Part shown: piece by piece, positions 17,297 to 28,748 of the stretch | Layout of the letters: each line of letters begins with the position of its first letter | How positions within the stretch are numbered: the first letter of the stretch is position 1 | Assembly: GCA_030654075.1 (NCBI GenBank) | Contig: JAURYB010000172.1 | Coordinates: 3,285 to 67,284 of the forward strand | From: Bacteroidales bacterium | Lineage (GTDB): Bacteria; Bacteroidota; Bacteroidia; Bacteroidales; UBA4417 | Length of the DNA: 64,000 nt | Direction: 5' to 3' | Notes under the pieces: generated by a model | Database searches by the model: none | What the model was told of the DNA's origin: nothing | Seen by the model: the letters and a program-made list of their open reading frames with translations, nothing else | Translations under genes and position numbers: made by a program

Positions 17297-18208
17297 GTGA
17301 AAAATAACACCTTCGAAATGGCCCACAATCCTTCACTTCATCACGAACATAAAGCTATTGCCAACCTGAAAATGGCTTTCTGGCTCAATGCGGTATTTGC
17401 ACTGATCGAAATTGCCGGTGGGATTTTCACAAACAGCGTTGCCATTCTTTCTGATGCTTTTCACGACCTGGGCGATTCGGTTGCGCTTGGACTGGCCTGG
17501 TATTTTCAACGGATTTCCACAAAAAAACGGGACGATATTTATACCTATGGATATAAAAGGTATTCATTGCTTGGTGCCAGCCTGAGCGCTGTTATTTTGC
17601 TGATTGGATCAGTAATCATTATTTTCAAAGCCGTTCCCAGATTGATTGCGCCTGAGCCTGTGCATACCGAGGGGATGATGTACTTAGCCATTGTTGGAAT
17701 TATTATAAACGGTTTAGCCATGTTCAGGCTAAAAAGCGGTCACAGTCAGAACGAAAAAGTCATTTCTATTCACCTTCTGGAAGATGTGTTGGGGTGGGTT
17801 GCCGTGCTGGTTGCCAGTATTGTTATGAAGTTTTACGATATTCCAATTCTCGACCCGCTTTTATCCTTGTGCATTACAGCCTTTATACTTTTCAGGGTTT
17901 TCGGCAATATGCATCAGACTTTCAGGATTTTTATGCAGGCTACACCGTCGGAAGAACAAGTCGATCATTTCAGATCACAATTAGCAACTATAAATGGCAT
18001 TATTGATTTACATGATATGCATTTCTGGACCATGGACGGTTCATATAATATTGCTTCACTGCATGTTAGTGTAGATCCGGAGTTGAGTTTTCCGGAAACT
18101 GAAATAATTAAACAAGAGGTGCGTACTTATTTGAAAAAAGAAGGCTTTGCACACATTACCATTGAAATAGAACCAGGTGGAAAACTATGTGAATTGCATG
18201 ATTGTTAG
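17297..18208 (+). CDS. cation diffusion facilitator (CzcD/ZitB-like) metal efflux transporter
   Basis: 303 aa, GTG start. His-rich N-terminus (HNPSLHHEHK), TM2 motif DAFHDLGDS, six TM helices plus cytoplasmic C-terminal domain. Confidence 0.85.
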   Translation: MKNNTFEMAHNPSLHHEHKAIANLKMAFWLNAVFALIEIAGGIFTNSVAILSDAFHDLGDSVALGLAWYFQRISTKKRDDIYTYGYKRYSLLGASLSAVILLIGSVIIIFKAVPRLIAPEPVHTEGMMYLAIVGIIINGLAMFRLKSGHSQNEKVISIHLLEDVLGWVAVLVASIVMKFYDIPILDPLLSLCITAFILFRVFGNMHQTFRIFMQATPSEEQVDHFRSQLATINGIIDLHDMHFWTMDGSYNIASLHVSVDPELSFPETEIIKQEVRTYLKKEGFAHITIEIEPGGKLCELHDC

Positions 18209-18281
18209 TACTGCATATAATGTTGTTGTTACTTCTTAGTAAAGCTTTGTACTGTTAAATTTAAAAATAACAAAAAATAAA

Positions 18282-18491
18282 ATGGAAACACTTCGATTTA
18301 AAACAAGCCTGAAATGCGGAGGATGCGTTAAGGCTATAACTCCCGGACTTGAAAGCCTGCATAGTGTTGAAAAATGGTCAGTTGACCTCGAAAATCCTGA
18401 TAAAATACTTGAGGTTGAGTCCTCAGAAGATATTTCGGATCAGGTAATAGATAGCGTAAAAAAAGCCGGCTATCTGATTAGCCAGCTTTAA
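18282..18491 (+). CDS. heavy-metal-associated (HMA) domain protein / metallochaperone-like
   Basis: 69 aa. beta-alpha-beta-beta-alpha-beta size and metal motif LKCGGCVKAI (CxxC). Follows the CDF gene. Confidence 0.75.
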   Translation: METLRFKTSLKCGGCVKAITPGLESLHSVEKWSVDLENPDKILEVESSEDISDQVIDSVKKAGYLISQL

Positions 18492-18511
18492 TTTACAAAT
18501 GAGATTAGTTC

Positions 18512-19090
18512 CTAACCCAATCGTTTGGAAATTAAATTCCAATCAACCAGTTGCCAGAAAGCGTTAACGTAATCCGGACGACGGTTCTGGAAATCCAGGT
18601 AATATGCATGTTCCCAAACGTCGCAGGTTAAAATTGGTTTTAATCCATCGCGCATTGGATTTGCCGCATTTCCGGTAGCAACAATGGACAGCTTACCATC
18701 AGTATTTTGTACAAGCCATGCCCAGCCTGATCCAAACTGGTTTATGGCTGCCTCGTTGAATTTGGTTTTAAACGTGTCGAACGAACCAAAATCGCGGTTG
18801 ATCATGTCAAGCAGGTTACCTGATGGAGTTGTGCCACGTTGTGCTGAAAATCCTTCCCAATAGAAAGTGTGATTCCAAACCTGGGCAGCATTGTTGAAAA
18901 TGCCACCTTCAGCTTTCAGAATAATTTGTTCGAGTGAAGAATTCTCGAAATCAGTACCGGGTACAAGACCATTAAGTTTTGTAACATAGGTCTGATGGTG
19001 TTTGCCATAATGAAATTCGATGGTACGTGCGCTGATTACTGGTTCTAAAGCATCAGCTGCGTAAGGTAAAGCAGGAAGTTGAAATGTCAT
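18512..19090 (-). CDS. sodB: superoxide dismutase, Fe-type
   Basis: 192 aa. LPALPYAADALEPVISARTIEFHYGKHHQTYV, FNNAAQVWNHTFYW (Gln in the Fe-type position), CDVWEHAYYLD. Confidence 0.93.
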   Translation of the reverse strand: MTFQLPALPYAADALEPVISARTIEFHYGKHHQTYVTKLNGLVPGTDFENSSLEQIILKAEGGIFNNAAQVWNHTFYWEGFSAQRGTTPSGNLLDMINRDFGSFDTFKTKFNEAAINQFGSGWAWLVQNTDGKLSIVATGNAANPMRDGLKPILTCDVWEHAYYLDFQNRRPDYVNAFWQLVDWNLISKRLG

Positions 19091-19239
19091 GATTTTAGGA
19101 TTTTAAAGATTGATATTTTAGAGGATTTAGTATCTTAGGAAAGTTGGGGTTGTCATTCGATGGTCATTCAATGGTTGAGGGATGAGTTTTGAAGGAAATT
19201 GAGATGCGGTGGTTGTCATGTAATAGTCATTCAGTTGTA

Positions 19240-19295
19240 GATTTGGATCTTGAGATTTGGGTCTTGGGATTTGGATTTTGGTTCTTGTGATTTTA
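19240..19295. repeat. period-7 degenerate tandem array (GATTTGG-like, 8 units)
   Basis: gatttgg atcttga gatttgg gtcttgg gatttgg attttgg ttcttgt gatttta. Embedded in a repeat-rich 265-bp spacer that also has tggtcattcgatggtcattcaatgg. Confidence 0.8.
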
Positions 19296-19355
19296 GAAAA
19301 GAGGTGATCATATCGTTATCTGAGGATTCTTTCGGGAATATATAAAGGTATCACT

Positions 19356-21086
19356 TTATTTTGTGAATACCGTTGAATATGAAGATTTATTTCCCTTTTC
19401 ATCTTCGAGATTGAGTGTAAATGTGTTTTTGCCAGGTTGAGCAACTTTATCAAACCGGTAAATCATCAGCTTGTATTTCGGATCCCATTCTACTAAAACC
19501 CATTGGCCGTTTACTTCACCTTTATAAGTGCTTATTCCTGAAAAATTATCCGAAACTGTGAATTTCAGGATTGTTTTGCTCTTACTATTTTCAGCTGATG
19601 TCCTGATTACAGGAGGTATTGTGTCAACAACAATTGCGTAACCATCAAATTGATTGGTAGTTGTGGTTACGTACCCGTTATCATAACTTCCGCCGGCCGG
19701 GCTTCTGTGTCCATCTCTGTCAATACGGACAAGAAGCGCTTTGCTACGCAGATTTTGGGGTACTTTTGTGGCTTTTACAGAAACCCTGATCTTGCTTTGC
19801 AACGGGACTACCGGATCGTGCAGATAATGTATTTCCGAAAACATATTTGCAGCTCCTGCAGCTTTATGATACCTGAAAATTATATTTTCATACAGGCAAC
19901 CCGCTGGAATTTCAACTTTCAGATCTGAATTCTCAAATTTGTTTTTCTTATTGTATCTGAATGCCACGGTTGTATCGGATAAAGAAACTACCGGGATTTG
20001 CATAAATCCTTCTGGTTTTCGTGACCTTACCCAAAACCTGAGATTGCTTGTGTTTCCTGCCTGGTCGGCAACAGAAATTATAATTTCATGCAGATTTTCG
20101 TCTGTAAATTTGAGGATGCCATTTGTAGTATCCGATTTGAAGAAACTCAACTTATTCCCCGGGAGTTTTTTTGATTTTACAATCCTGTTATCAGCATTAT
20201 AATTTGCAATATAATCGATGGAAGCATTTACATACCGGCTTTCGGCAAACGAAAAACTATCGCAAACCAGGGTGAAGAAATTAGCTTTATCCGCAAACAT
20301 CCTCATGCTGTAAAATCCATTCCGGTCGCTCTGATTCTGATTAAAGTCAAATGCCTGCGCGCCTAGGCTGAAATTTCCCCAAAGCGAAAGAGTATCTTTC
20401 GTAGCCAGACGATATTCCCCGGCTCCTGATTTTTTTAAGTTAAAGCGGATTGCATCGTTCGATGGACCAACGAAACTATTATTATCTTCAGGATATATTT
20501 TAATAAAATCGATATAGGGTGAATAATTATCAGGCAATTGGAAACCATAAACCAAGGGATTAACAATATTTTCAGTTTTGGTGTTGCGGAGCTCAAAATG
20601 AAGGTGAGCGCCTCCGGATGATCCCGAATTACCTGTATATCCTATCAATTGTCCCTTCTTTACATAAATAAGATCTTTTTTATTGATCGGGAAAAGATCA
20701 ACTTCGAAGCTTTTCATTTTGTATTGATTCGTTCGCAGGTAATCAGTAATGGTGTCACTATATCCTTTCATATGCGCATATACCGAAGTAAATCCGTTGC
20801 GATGATCAATGTATAACGCATTCCCAAACCCGAAAGGCGAAACCTTGATACGGGAAATTAAACCATCAGCTACAGCGAATACCGGCAGTCCTTCTTTTTT
20901 CTGAACCGAGAAATCGGTACCTGAGTGAAAATGGTTAGGCCTCACTTCGGAAAATGAGCCTGTAACAACAAGTCCAATGCTTAATGGTGACGAAAAATAA
21001 TCTTTCGGAATTGCAATTTGTGCAAACAGATTAGCTAAAGGCGTCAGTATCAATAAGAAAAACAGAGGAAGTAATTGGATTTTCAT
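19356..21086 (-). CDS. M23-family metallopeptidase (secreted) with large C-terminal beta-rich region
   Basis: 576 aa. Signal peptide. M23 motifs HFHSGTDF and GGAHLHFEL. Confidence 0.85.
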   Translation of the reverse strand: MKIQLLPLFFLLILTPLANLFAQIAIPKDYFSSPLSIGLVVTGSFSEVRPNHFHSGTDFSVQKKEGLPVFAVADGLISRIKVSPFGFGNALYIDHRNGFTSVYAHMKGYSDTITDYLRTNQYKMKSFEVDLFPINKKDLIYVKKGQLIGYTGNSGSSGGAHLHFELRNTKTENIVNPLVYGFQLPDNYSPYIDFIKIYPEDNNSFVGPSNDAIRFNLKKSGAGEYRLATKDTLSLWGNFSLGAQAFDFNQNQSDRNGFYSMRMFADKANFFTLVCDSFSFAESRYVNASIDYIANYNADNRIVKSKKLPGNKLSFFKSDTTNGILKFTDENLHEIIISVADQAGNTSNLRFWVRSRKPEGFMQIPVVSLSDTTVAFRYNKKNKFENSDLKVEIPAGCLYENIIFRYHKAAGAANMFSEIHYLHDPVVPLQSKIRVSVKATKVPQNLRSKALLVRIDRDGHRSPAGGSYDNGYVTTTTNQFDGYAIVVDTIPPVIRTSAENSKSKTILKFTVSDNFSGISTYKGEVNGQWVLVEWDPKYKLMIYRFDKVAQPGKNTFTLNLEDEKGNKSSYSTVFTK

Positions 21087-21147
21087 TTTACAAACTTACA
21101 GTTTGTATGGGGAAATTCCAATCCGGAATTCTTAAAAATTGCTTAAT

Positions 21148-21195
21148 GATTTGAAAATTTGGGGATTTGAGAATTTGGGGATTTAAAAATTGAGT
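21148..21195. repeat. 16-bp tandem repeat x3 (GATTTGARAATTTGGG)
   Basis: gatttgaaaatttggg gatttgagaatttggg gatttaaaaattgagt. Confidence 0.75.
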
Positions 21196-21275
21196 CTTCT
21201 CCGAATATCCTTATTCTGCTACAAAAACACAAAAACATTAAGTTTCACTAAGCCTATAACACATAATACCAATGC

Positions 21276-21318
21276 TTTGTGTCCCTTAGTGTCCTTAGTG
21301 CCTTAGTGGTTTTCTTTG
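21276..21318. repeat. CCTTAGTG micro-repeat block (reverse orientation of 35293-35334)
   Basis: tttgtgtcccttagtgtccttagtgccttagtggttttctttg. Its reverse complement aaaccactaaggcactaaggacac matches aaaccactaaggcactaagaacac at 35293. Confidence 0.75.
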
Positions 21319-21409
21319 TTTTAGGGTTGTTGGAGTTGACTCAAAATTGTGTTTTAAAGTGAGATAACCAGAATCCTTAATACTTTAGGTATTTGAATAT
21401 TTTACGTTG

Positions 21410-22597
21410 TCAGATAATATTGTTTTTAAAAATATATCGCTGAACAATAGCCAGGTATATAGCAACACATAACACTCCTGAACCGGAAATAATAAACATC
21501 GTTTTCATTCCAAGCGTATACCATAACAATCCTGCCAGGCTGCTTGCCAACATGGTAAAGATGCTGGCAAAACTGGTATAAAAACCTATTGCGGTTGCCG
21601 TATTATCCTTTTTTGCGATGTTGCTGATCAGCGCTTTCGAAATGCCTTCGGTGGATGCCGCGTAAAGAGCGTAAAAGCCAAAAAGGACGATAAACTGCCA
21701 CAAAAGTATAGCAAATCCCATCAGTGAATAGACGAGGGCGAAAACAAGTAACCCCAAAATAAGGGTTCGCGCCAGTCCGAATTTATCCGCCAGTATTCCG
21801 ATTGGGAACGAAAGCAAAGCGTAAACAAGGTTGTAAAAAATGTAAATTCCTATCATATAGGTATCCGAAAAACCTTTGCTTTTAATAGATAGCAACAGGA
21901 ACGCATCCGAACTGTTGAACAGCGTGAACATCAGTAATCCGGCAACAAGAAGTTTAAAATGTTTTGAAGATATTTTCCAATACGACAGAAAGGCAAAGAA
22001 ACCCGGTGATTTCTGTTTTGGAGCAGCTTTGTGCTTGTCTTTCAACAAAAATGTAAGCAGAATGGCTATAATGCCCGGAAGTACCGCTATGATAAACAAC
22101 CATTTGTATTGTCCCGGGTAAAAATACAGAAAGATCAAAGCAGCAAAAGGGCCAACTGCTGCGCCGGCTGTATCGAGTGCCCGGTGAAAACCAAATACTT
22201 TTCCTTTATTTTCGTTGGTTGATTCGTCGCTTAACATGGCGTCGCGGGCACCGGTCCGAACGCCTTTGCCTAACCTGTCGAGCGTACGGGCAAAGAAAAT
22301 CCATAATGGAAACGTGAACATTGCCATCAAAGGTTTTGAGATGGCGCTCAGGGTGTATCCCCAACGCACAAATGGAACCCTGCTGCCAAGTTTATCCGAA
22401 AAATTACCGAAATATCCTTTACTCAGTCCTGCCGTGGCTTCGGCCATGCCTTCGAGTATGCCTATCAATAAAACCGAAAACCCAATGGACTGTAGATAAA
22501 CCGGCATGATCGGGTAAAGCATTTCACTGGCTATATCAGTGAAAAAACTAACAAACGAAACGACTAAAACCGTGCGGGTGAGTATGGAACGCATCAT
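21410..22597 (-). CDS. MFS transporter
   Basis: 395 aa, about 12 TM helices. Loop motif LDRLGKGVRTGARDAMLSD (MFS 2-3 loop type). Confidence 0.75.
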   Translation of the reverse strand: MMRSILTRTVLVVSFVSFFTDIASEMLYPIMPVYLQSIGFSVLLIGILEGMAEATAGLSKGYFGNFSDKLGSRVPFVRWGYTLSAISKPLMAMFTFPLWIFFARTLDRLGKGVRTGARDAMLSDESTNENKGKVFGFHRALDTAGAAVGPFAALIFLYFYPGQYKWLFIIAVLPGIIAILLTFLLKDKHKAAPKQKSPGFFAFLSYWKISSKHFKLLVAGLLMFTLFNSSDAFLLLSIKSKGFSDTYMIGIYIFYNLVYALLSFPIGILADKFGLARTLILGLLVFALVYSLMGFAILLWQFIVLFGFYALYAASTEGISKALISNIAKKDNTATAIGFYTSFASIFTMLASSLAGLLWYTLGMKTMFIISGSGVLCVAIYLAIVQRYIFKNNII

Positions 22598-22671
22598 TAA
22601 ATAAATTAATCAGACCTGCAATATTAGTGATTTTGCCCCAAAAGAATAAATAAAGGATGAATCAAAAAAGC

Positions 22672-22719
22672 TTAAGGTTGAGGTTAAGGTTGAGTGGGAA
22701 AACTTAACCTCAACCTTAA
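22672..22719. repeat. 17-bp perfect inverted repeat (hairpin)
   Basis: TTAAGGTTGAGGTTAAG (22672-22688) / CTTAACCTCAACCTTAA (22703-22719), 14-nt loop. Arms are built from AAGGTTG sub-repeats. Confidence 0.8.
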
Positions 22720-22967
22720 TCTCAACCTCAGTTACATAAGGGATGGATTTTACCAGTTTGTCAAAGTAATACCTTTTTTGAGAAGCTTTTTTATCTGAAT
22801 TCAACATTCTCATGTTTGTATGTTCAGATTTTCCGGATGTTTTCATCTGTTATTAATTTATTAATGCATTGCTTATTTTCAGCGGTATTAATGCTTGCTT
22901 CGCAGGTGTTTTTTAAAGGTCAGATGGAATTATTAACGGCTTAATTAATTTCAAAGGTGTTAATGAA

Positions 22968-23059
22968 ATCGCTTTGTTATTCGCTTCGCTCATGAGATCG
23001 CTTTGTTATTCGCTTCGCTCATGAGATCGCTTCGCTAAGTTCGCTAAGTTCGCTAGGTT
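22968..23059. repeat. 29-bp direct repeat x2 followed by 9-bp repeat x3
   Basis: atcgctttgttattcgcttcgctcatgag twice (22968-22996, 22997-23025), then cgctaagtt cgctaagtt cgctaggtt. Confidence 0.85.
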
Positions 23060-23257
23060 ACTCATGTATTGCTTATTTTTAAAGGTATTCACTTCGGCAA
23101 GCTCAGTGCAACGCGTGATCTAAAGGTTCGCCATAATATCATTCTCGGTTTGTGAGAAAATATACTCATGGCTATTTCATGTTTTAGTTTATTGGTATTT
23201 TAAGCGAACGTCTAAACCACTATCTTCGCAGCTCAATAGTCCATCAGATTTTACTTC

Positions 23258-24163
23258 ATGTCATTTCAAACATTAAAAATTTACCTTTTTGCAGTGTTAT
23301 CCATGCTGTTCTGGGGCCTGTCATTTGTTTGGTTTAAAATTGTTGTAAAGTGTTATGATCCGATTACGATCATTTTCCTCAGGCTTATTATTTCGGGATC
23401 GCTGATGATAGTATTTATGTTCCTGACGCGCTCGTGGCAAACAATAAAACGCGAGCACCTGAAATACTTTTTATTGCTGTCGTTTTCACAGCCCTTCTGC
23501 TATTTCCTCGGCGAAAGCTTTGGACTCACAATGGTTTCATCAACTATTGCTTCGGTTATTATTGCTACAATACCTTTATTCAGCCCGATTGCCGCTTATT
23601 TTATGGTAAAGGAAAAGGTGACAATCCATATACTGGCCGGCATAGTCGTTTCATTTGCCGGAATCCTGCTAATGCTGATAAATCCTGATTTTTCGCTCAG
23701 CGCTTCGCCCAAAGGTGTGCTGCTTTTGTTTGTTGCAGTGTTTTCGGCAGTAGCATATTCAGTTATTATCCGGAAGATATCACACGAATACAATCCTGTA
23801 ACCATCATAACGCACCAGAATTTAATCGGGGCAATTTATTTCCTGCCACTTTTCCTTATCTTTGATTTCAAGCATTTTATCACCATAAAACCAGATGGGG
23901 AAACCATACTTGCCATGCTTCAACTGGCTGTTTTTGCATCAACTCTGGCATATGTATTTTATATCATTGCCATTAAAGGAATGGGTATGATCAAAGCCAA
24001 TGTTTTTACAAACCTGATTCCTGTGTTTACCGGGCTTTTTTCGTTTTTAATACTGAATGAAAAATTTACCGCCATCAAAATTGCCGGTATGATATTAGTG
24101 ATGTTTGGTGTGCTTGTATCGCAAAGTCACAGAATTGGACGGTTTCTATTAAAGAAAAATTGA
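23258..24163 (+). CDS. DMT-superfamily (EamA-like) transporter
   Basis: 301 aa, 10 TM helices in two 5-TM halves, typical EamA pattern. Confidence 0.8.
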   Translation: MSFQTLKIYLFAVLSMLFWGLSFVWFKIVVKCYDPITIIFLRLIISGSLMIVFMFLTRSWQTIKREHLKYFLLLSFSQPFCYFLGESFGLTMVSSTIASVIIATIPLFSPIAAYFMVKEKVTIHILAGIVVSFAGILLMLINPDFSLSASPKGVLLLFVAVFSAVAYSVIIRKISHEYNPVTIITHQNLIGAIYFLPLFLIFDFKHFITIKPDGETILAMLQLAVFASTLAYVFYIIAIKGMGMIKANVFTNLIPVFTGLFSFLILNEKFTAIKIAGMILVMFGVLVSQSHRIGRFLLKKN

Positions 24164-24261
24164 AAATGACATTTGGAGCCACGAATCGTTTGTGTTTTAG
24201 TTAGAGCAACATAATGAGATATTTATAACAACAATCATGTTAAAAAAGTAAAATCATTTTC

Positions 24262-25404
24262 ATGAAAGTAATCGTATTAGGAGCCGGATTAGTAGGAGGG
24301 CCAATGGCTCTTGATCTTGCCAGGAATGGCGAATTTGAAGTAACTTCAGCTGACAGAAGTGCAGAGGCACTGGCTCGTCTCAGCGGGGTGGTTGGAATAA
24401 CCACTGTTCAGATGGACCTTGATAATGCTGAAGCACTCAAGTCGTTGGTTCAACAACACGACCTCGTTATCAGTGCCGTGCCTGGTTTTATGGGTTTCCG
24501 GACCATGGAACGGATTATTGAATGTGGCAAGAATGCTGTAGATATTGCGTTTTTCCCTGAAGATATGTTCCTGCTCGATGCAAAGGCAAAGGACATGAAT
24601 GTTACTGCGATTTGTGATATTGGTGTAGCGCCAGGAATGAGCAATGTACTTATAGGTTATGGCGCTTCGATGCTTGATACCCTCGAAAAAGGAATTACCT
24701 ATGTTGGCGGCTTACCTGTTGTAAGAACCTGGCCGTTTGAATATAAAGCTGTTTTTTCGCCTATTGATGTAATTGAGGAATATACACGCCCGGCCCGTTA
24801 TATCGACGGTGGCAGGCTGGTAGTTCGTGAAGCGCTTTCTGATCCTGAAATGATTGATTTCCCAAATATCGGAACACTGGAAGCTTTTAACAGCGACGGA
24901 TTGCGTACACTTGCAACGACGGTTAAAGGTGATTACCTGATTGAAAAAACATTGCGATACAAAGGGCATATCGAAAAAATGGCAGTTTTACGCGATACAG
25001 GTTTTTTCGACAAAGAACCTATCCTGATCAACGGCGTAATGATAAGCCCGCTTGAATTTACGGCCCGTTTGCTGTTCCCTAAATGGAAACTGCAGAAAGG
25101 TGAAGAAGATCTTACTATTATGCGCATAATTACTGAAGGATTGAAAGATGGTGTGCGGCAGCGTTATACCTGGGATTTATACGACAGGCTTGATACTGTT
25201 ACCGGCGTTCATTCCATGGCACGCACAACTGGCTATACAGCAACCACGGTTGCGCGGCTTTTATCCAAAGGATTATACACTCATAAAGGCATTTCTGCTC
25301 CTGAGTTTCTGGGGAAAGATGCTTCGATCGTTAAATTTTTATTGGATGGACTTAAGGAAAGGGGAGTGGTTTATACGGAAACGCATGAGATTCTTGCTTC
25401 CTAA
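24262..25404 (+). CDS. saccharopine dehydrogenase-family NAD(P)-dependent oxidoreductase
   Basis: 380 aa. N-terminal MKVIVLGAGLVGGPMALDLA Rossmann motif. Central and C-terminal regions (GVAPGMSN, FNSDGLRTL, RYKGH) as in the Sacchrp_dh family. Confidence 0.75.
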   Translation: MKVIVLGAGLVGGPMALDLARNGEFEVTSADRSAEALARLSGVVGITTVQMDLDNAEALKSLVQQHDLVISAVPGFMGFRTMERIIECGKNAVDIAFFPEDMFLLDAKAKDMNVTAICDIGVAPGMSNVLIGYGASMLDTLEKGITYVGGLPVVRTWPFEYKAVFSPIDVIEEYTRPARYIDGGRLVVREALSDPEMIDFPNIGTLEAFNSDGLRTLATTVKGDYLIEKTLRYKGHIEKMAVLRDTGFFDKEPILINGVMISPLEFTARLLFPKWKLQKGEEDLTIMRIITEGLKDGVRQRYTWDLYDRLDTVTGVHSMARTTGYTATTVARLLSKGLYTHKGISAPEFLGKDASIVKFLLDGLKERGVVYTETHEILAS

Positions 25405-25754
25405 AGTTTCTTCTTAAAGATTGAAAATAGAATTAATTTTATATTTATTATTGAAAATCAGGAAGTTGTCTCAAAAGGGCAGCTTCTTTGTTTATTCTTA
25501 GAAATGGGTAAATAATGCATTCAAAAAGGAACCAAGTGCTAAGTTTCAGATATCACTAACCAAGACTTATACTACATCCAGCTTGGGATTTGGAATTTGA
25601 GACTTCCCGAATGTGGCAACGTATCCCGTTTTCTGTTTAAGTTTGATAGGCAGGTTTTGTTTATTAAAGTGTTTGGTACTTGTAAAACAGATTTTTCTAT
25701 CTTCGTAAACAGAAAATAGGATAAGTCCAATTTAAAAAAAACTGAATTAGTTTT

Positions 25755-26858
25755 ATGGAAGAAAAACCAAAATCAATACGGGTAAAGTCAATAGACGCAT
25801 TACGCGGATTCGATATGTTTTGGATTACGGGTGGCGATGCCTTCTTTATTGCTCTGTTTACATTTTTCGGAACGCCGTTTTTTTTAGGCCTGGCGAAACA
25901 ACTCGATCATCCGGCATGGGCTGGTTTCCACTTCTATGATATTATTTTTGCTTTATTCCTGTTTATTGTTGGGTTAAGCCTTCCGTTTTCAATCACAAAG
26001 CGCATGGAAAGGGGCGAAGCAAAGAAAACTCTCTATTATCATATTTTCAAGCGTACAATCTTGCTGTACCTGCTGGGAATGATATACAATGGCTTATTCG
26101 ACTTTAACTTCGAGACATTGCGGTATACCGGCGTACTTCATCGGATTGCAATTACATATATGATTGCATCAATTATTGTTTTAAATGTAAAACAGAAGTC
26201 GCTATTAATATGGGCCATGGCAATTACTATGCTATATTGGCTGGTTTTACTGATTGTTCCGGTTCCAGGTTTTGGCTCTTACAACTTAACCCCGGAAGGA
26301 AACCTTAGCGCTTACCTGGATCAACTTTATCTTCCCGGTTCATTTTGCTGTTATACATTTGGAGACAACGAAGGTTTGTTAACCCACATCCCTGCAGCAG
26401 TAAATGTTCTGATCGGTTCGTTAATTGGATTCCGATTGTTGAAGAAGGATTCTGATAAATCGAAAATTACTACCTTTCTGATCAGTGGTTCCATACTTAT
26501 TGTGGTTGCTTTGTTGTGGAATATAATTTACCCGATCAACAAATATTTATGGACAGGTTCATTTGTTTCATTGAGTTGTGGCATATCCATTCTGGCTTTT
26601 ACCTTTTTTTACTGGATTATTGATGTGAAAGGGTACTCAAAATGGGCTTTCCCGTTCACGGTTATCGGGATGAATTCTATAACTATTTATGTGTTGCAGG
26701 GAGTCTTTGATTTTGGAATTATAGCTAAAATTTTTATCCACGGTTTTTATACAGAGATGGGATCTTTCCAGTTTCCTTTTTATGAACTTTGTGTCCTGAC
26801 AGTTAAATGGCTTTTTCTGTACTTTTTGTATAAAAAGAAGATATTTTTGAAGGTTTAG
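25755..26858 (+). CDS. polytopic acyltransferase-like membrane protein (DUF5009/HGSNAT-like)
   Basis: 367 aa, about 10-11 TM. N-terminal signature IDALRGFDMFWITGGD common to the heparan-alpha-glucosaminide N-acetyltransferase-like family (from memory). Confidence 0.6.
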   Translation: MEEKPKSIRVKSIDALRGFDMFWITGGDAFFIALFTFFGTPFFLGLAKQLDHPAWAGFHFYDIIFALFLFIVGLSLPFSITKRMERGEAKKTLYYHIFKRTILLYLLGMIYNGLFDFNFETLRYTGVLHRIAITYMIASIIVLNVKQKSLLIWAMAITMLYWLVLLIVPVPGFGSYNLTPEGNLSAYLDQLYLPGSFCCYTFGDNEGLLTHIPAAVNVLIGSLIGFRLLKKDSDKSKITTFLISGSILIVVALLWNIIYPINKYLWTGSFVSLSCGISILAFTFFYWIIDVKGYSKWAFPFTVIGMNSITIYVLQGVFDFGIIAKIFIHGFYTEMGSFQFPFYELCVLTVKWLFLYFLYKKKIFLKV

Positions 26859-27010
26859 ATACAATACGGGATAGTTTCTTTGATAATACCAGGAACTGAT
26901 TTTGAGAATAATTATCTGCAAAATTGACTGTTATTTATAATCCAAAATTGACTACTTTTGCAGCCCTTTAAGGGTAAAGTCTTCTCATCACATAATAAAC
27001 ACAAAGTTAA

Positions 27011-28621
<1,611 letters not shown>

Positions 28622-28748
28622 GGGTTACCTGCGTATTTTATATAAAATTTCACACTTTGCTGTTGGTATTCATTGTATTAAACTGTACAACAATAGGATA
28701 TCTATTTAAAATGATTGTTTAACTTTGGTTTCCAATTTATGATTTAAC

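Noticed and set aside
17297-19090. CDF transporter + HMA protein + Fe-SOD as a possible acquired metal/oxidative-stress island.
   Set aside because: There are no mobility genes, flanking repeats of an element, or compositional break visible by eye. These are common core genes, so this is an ordinary chromosomal neighbourhood.
22610-22846. 78-aa ORF upstream of the MFS transporter gene.
   Set aside because: It reads straight through the AAGGTTG inverted repeat (translating as EVEIKVEVKF..). No start context or recognisable fold. Likely a repeat artefact.
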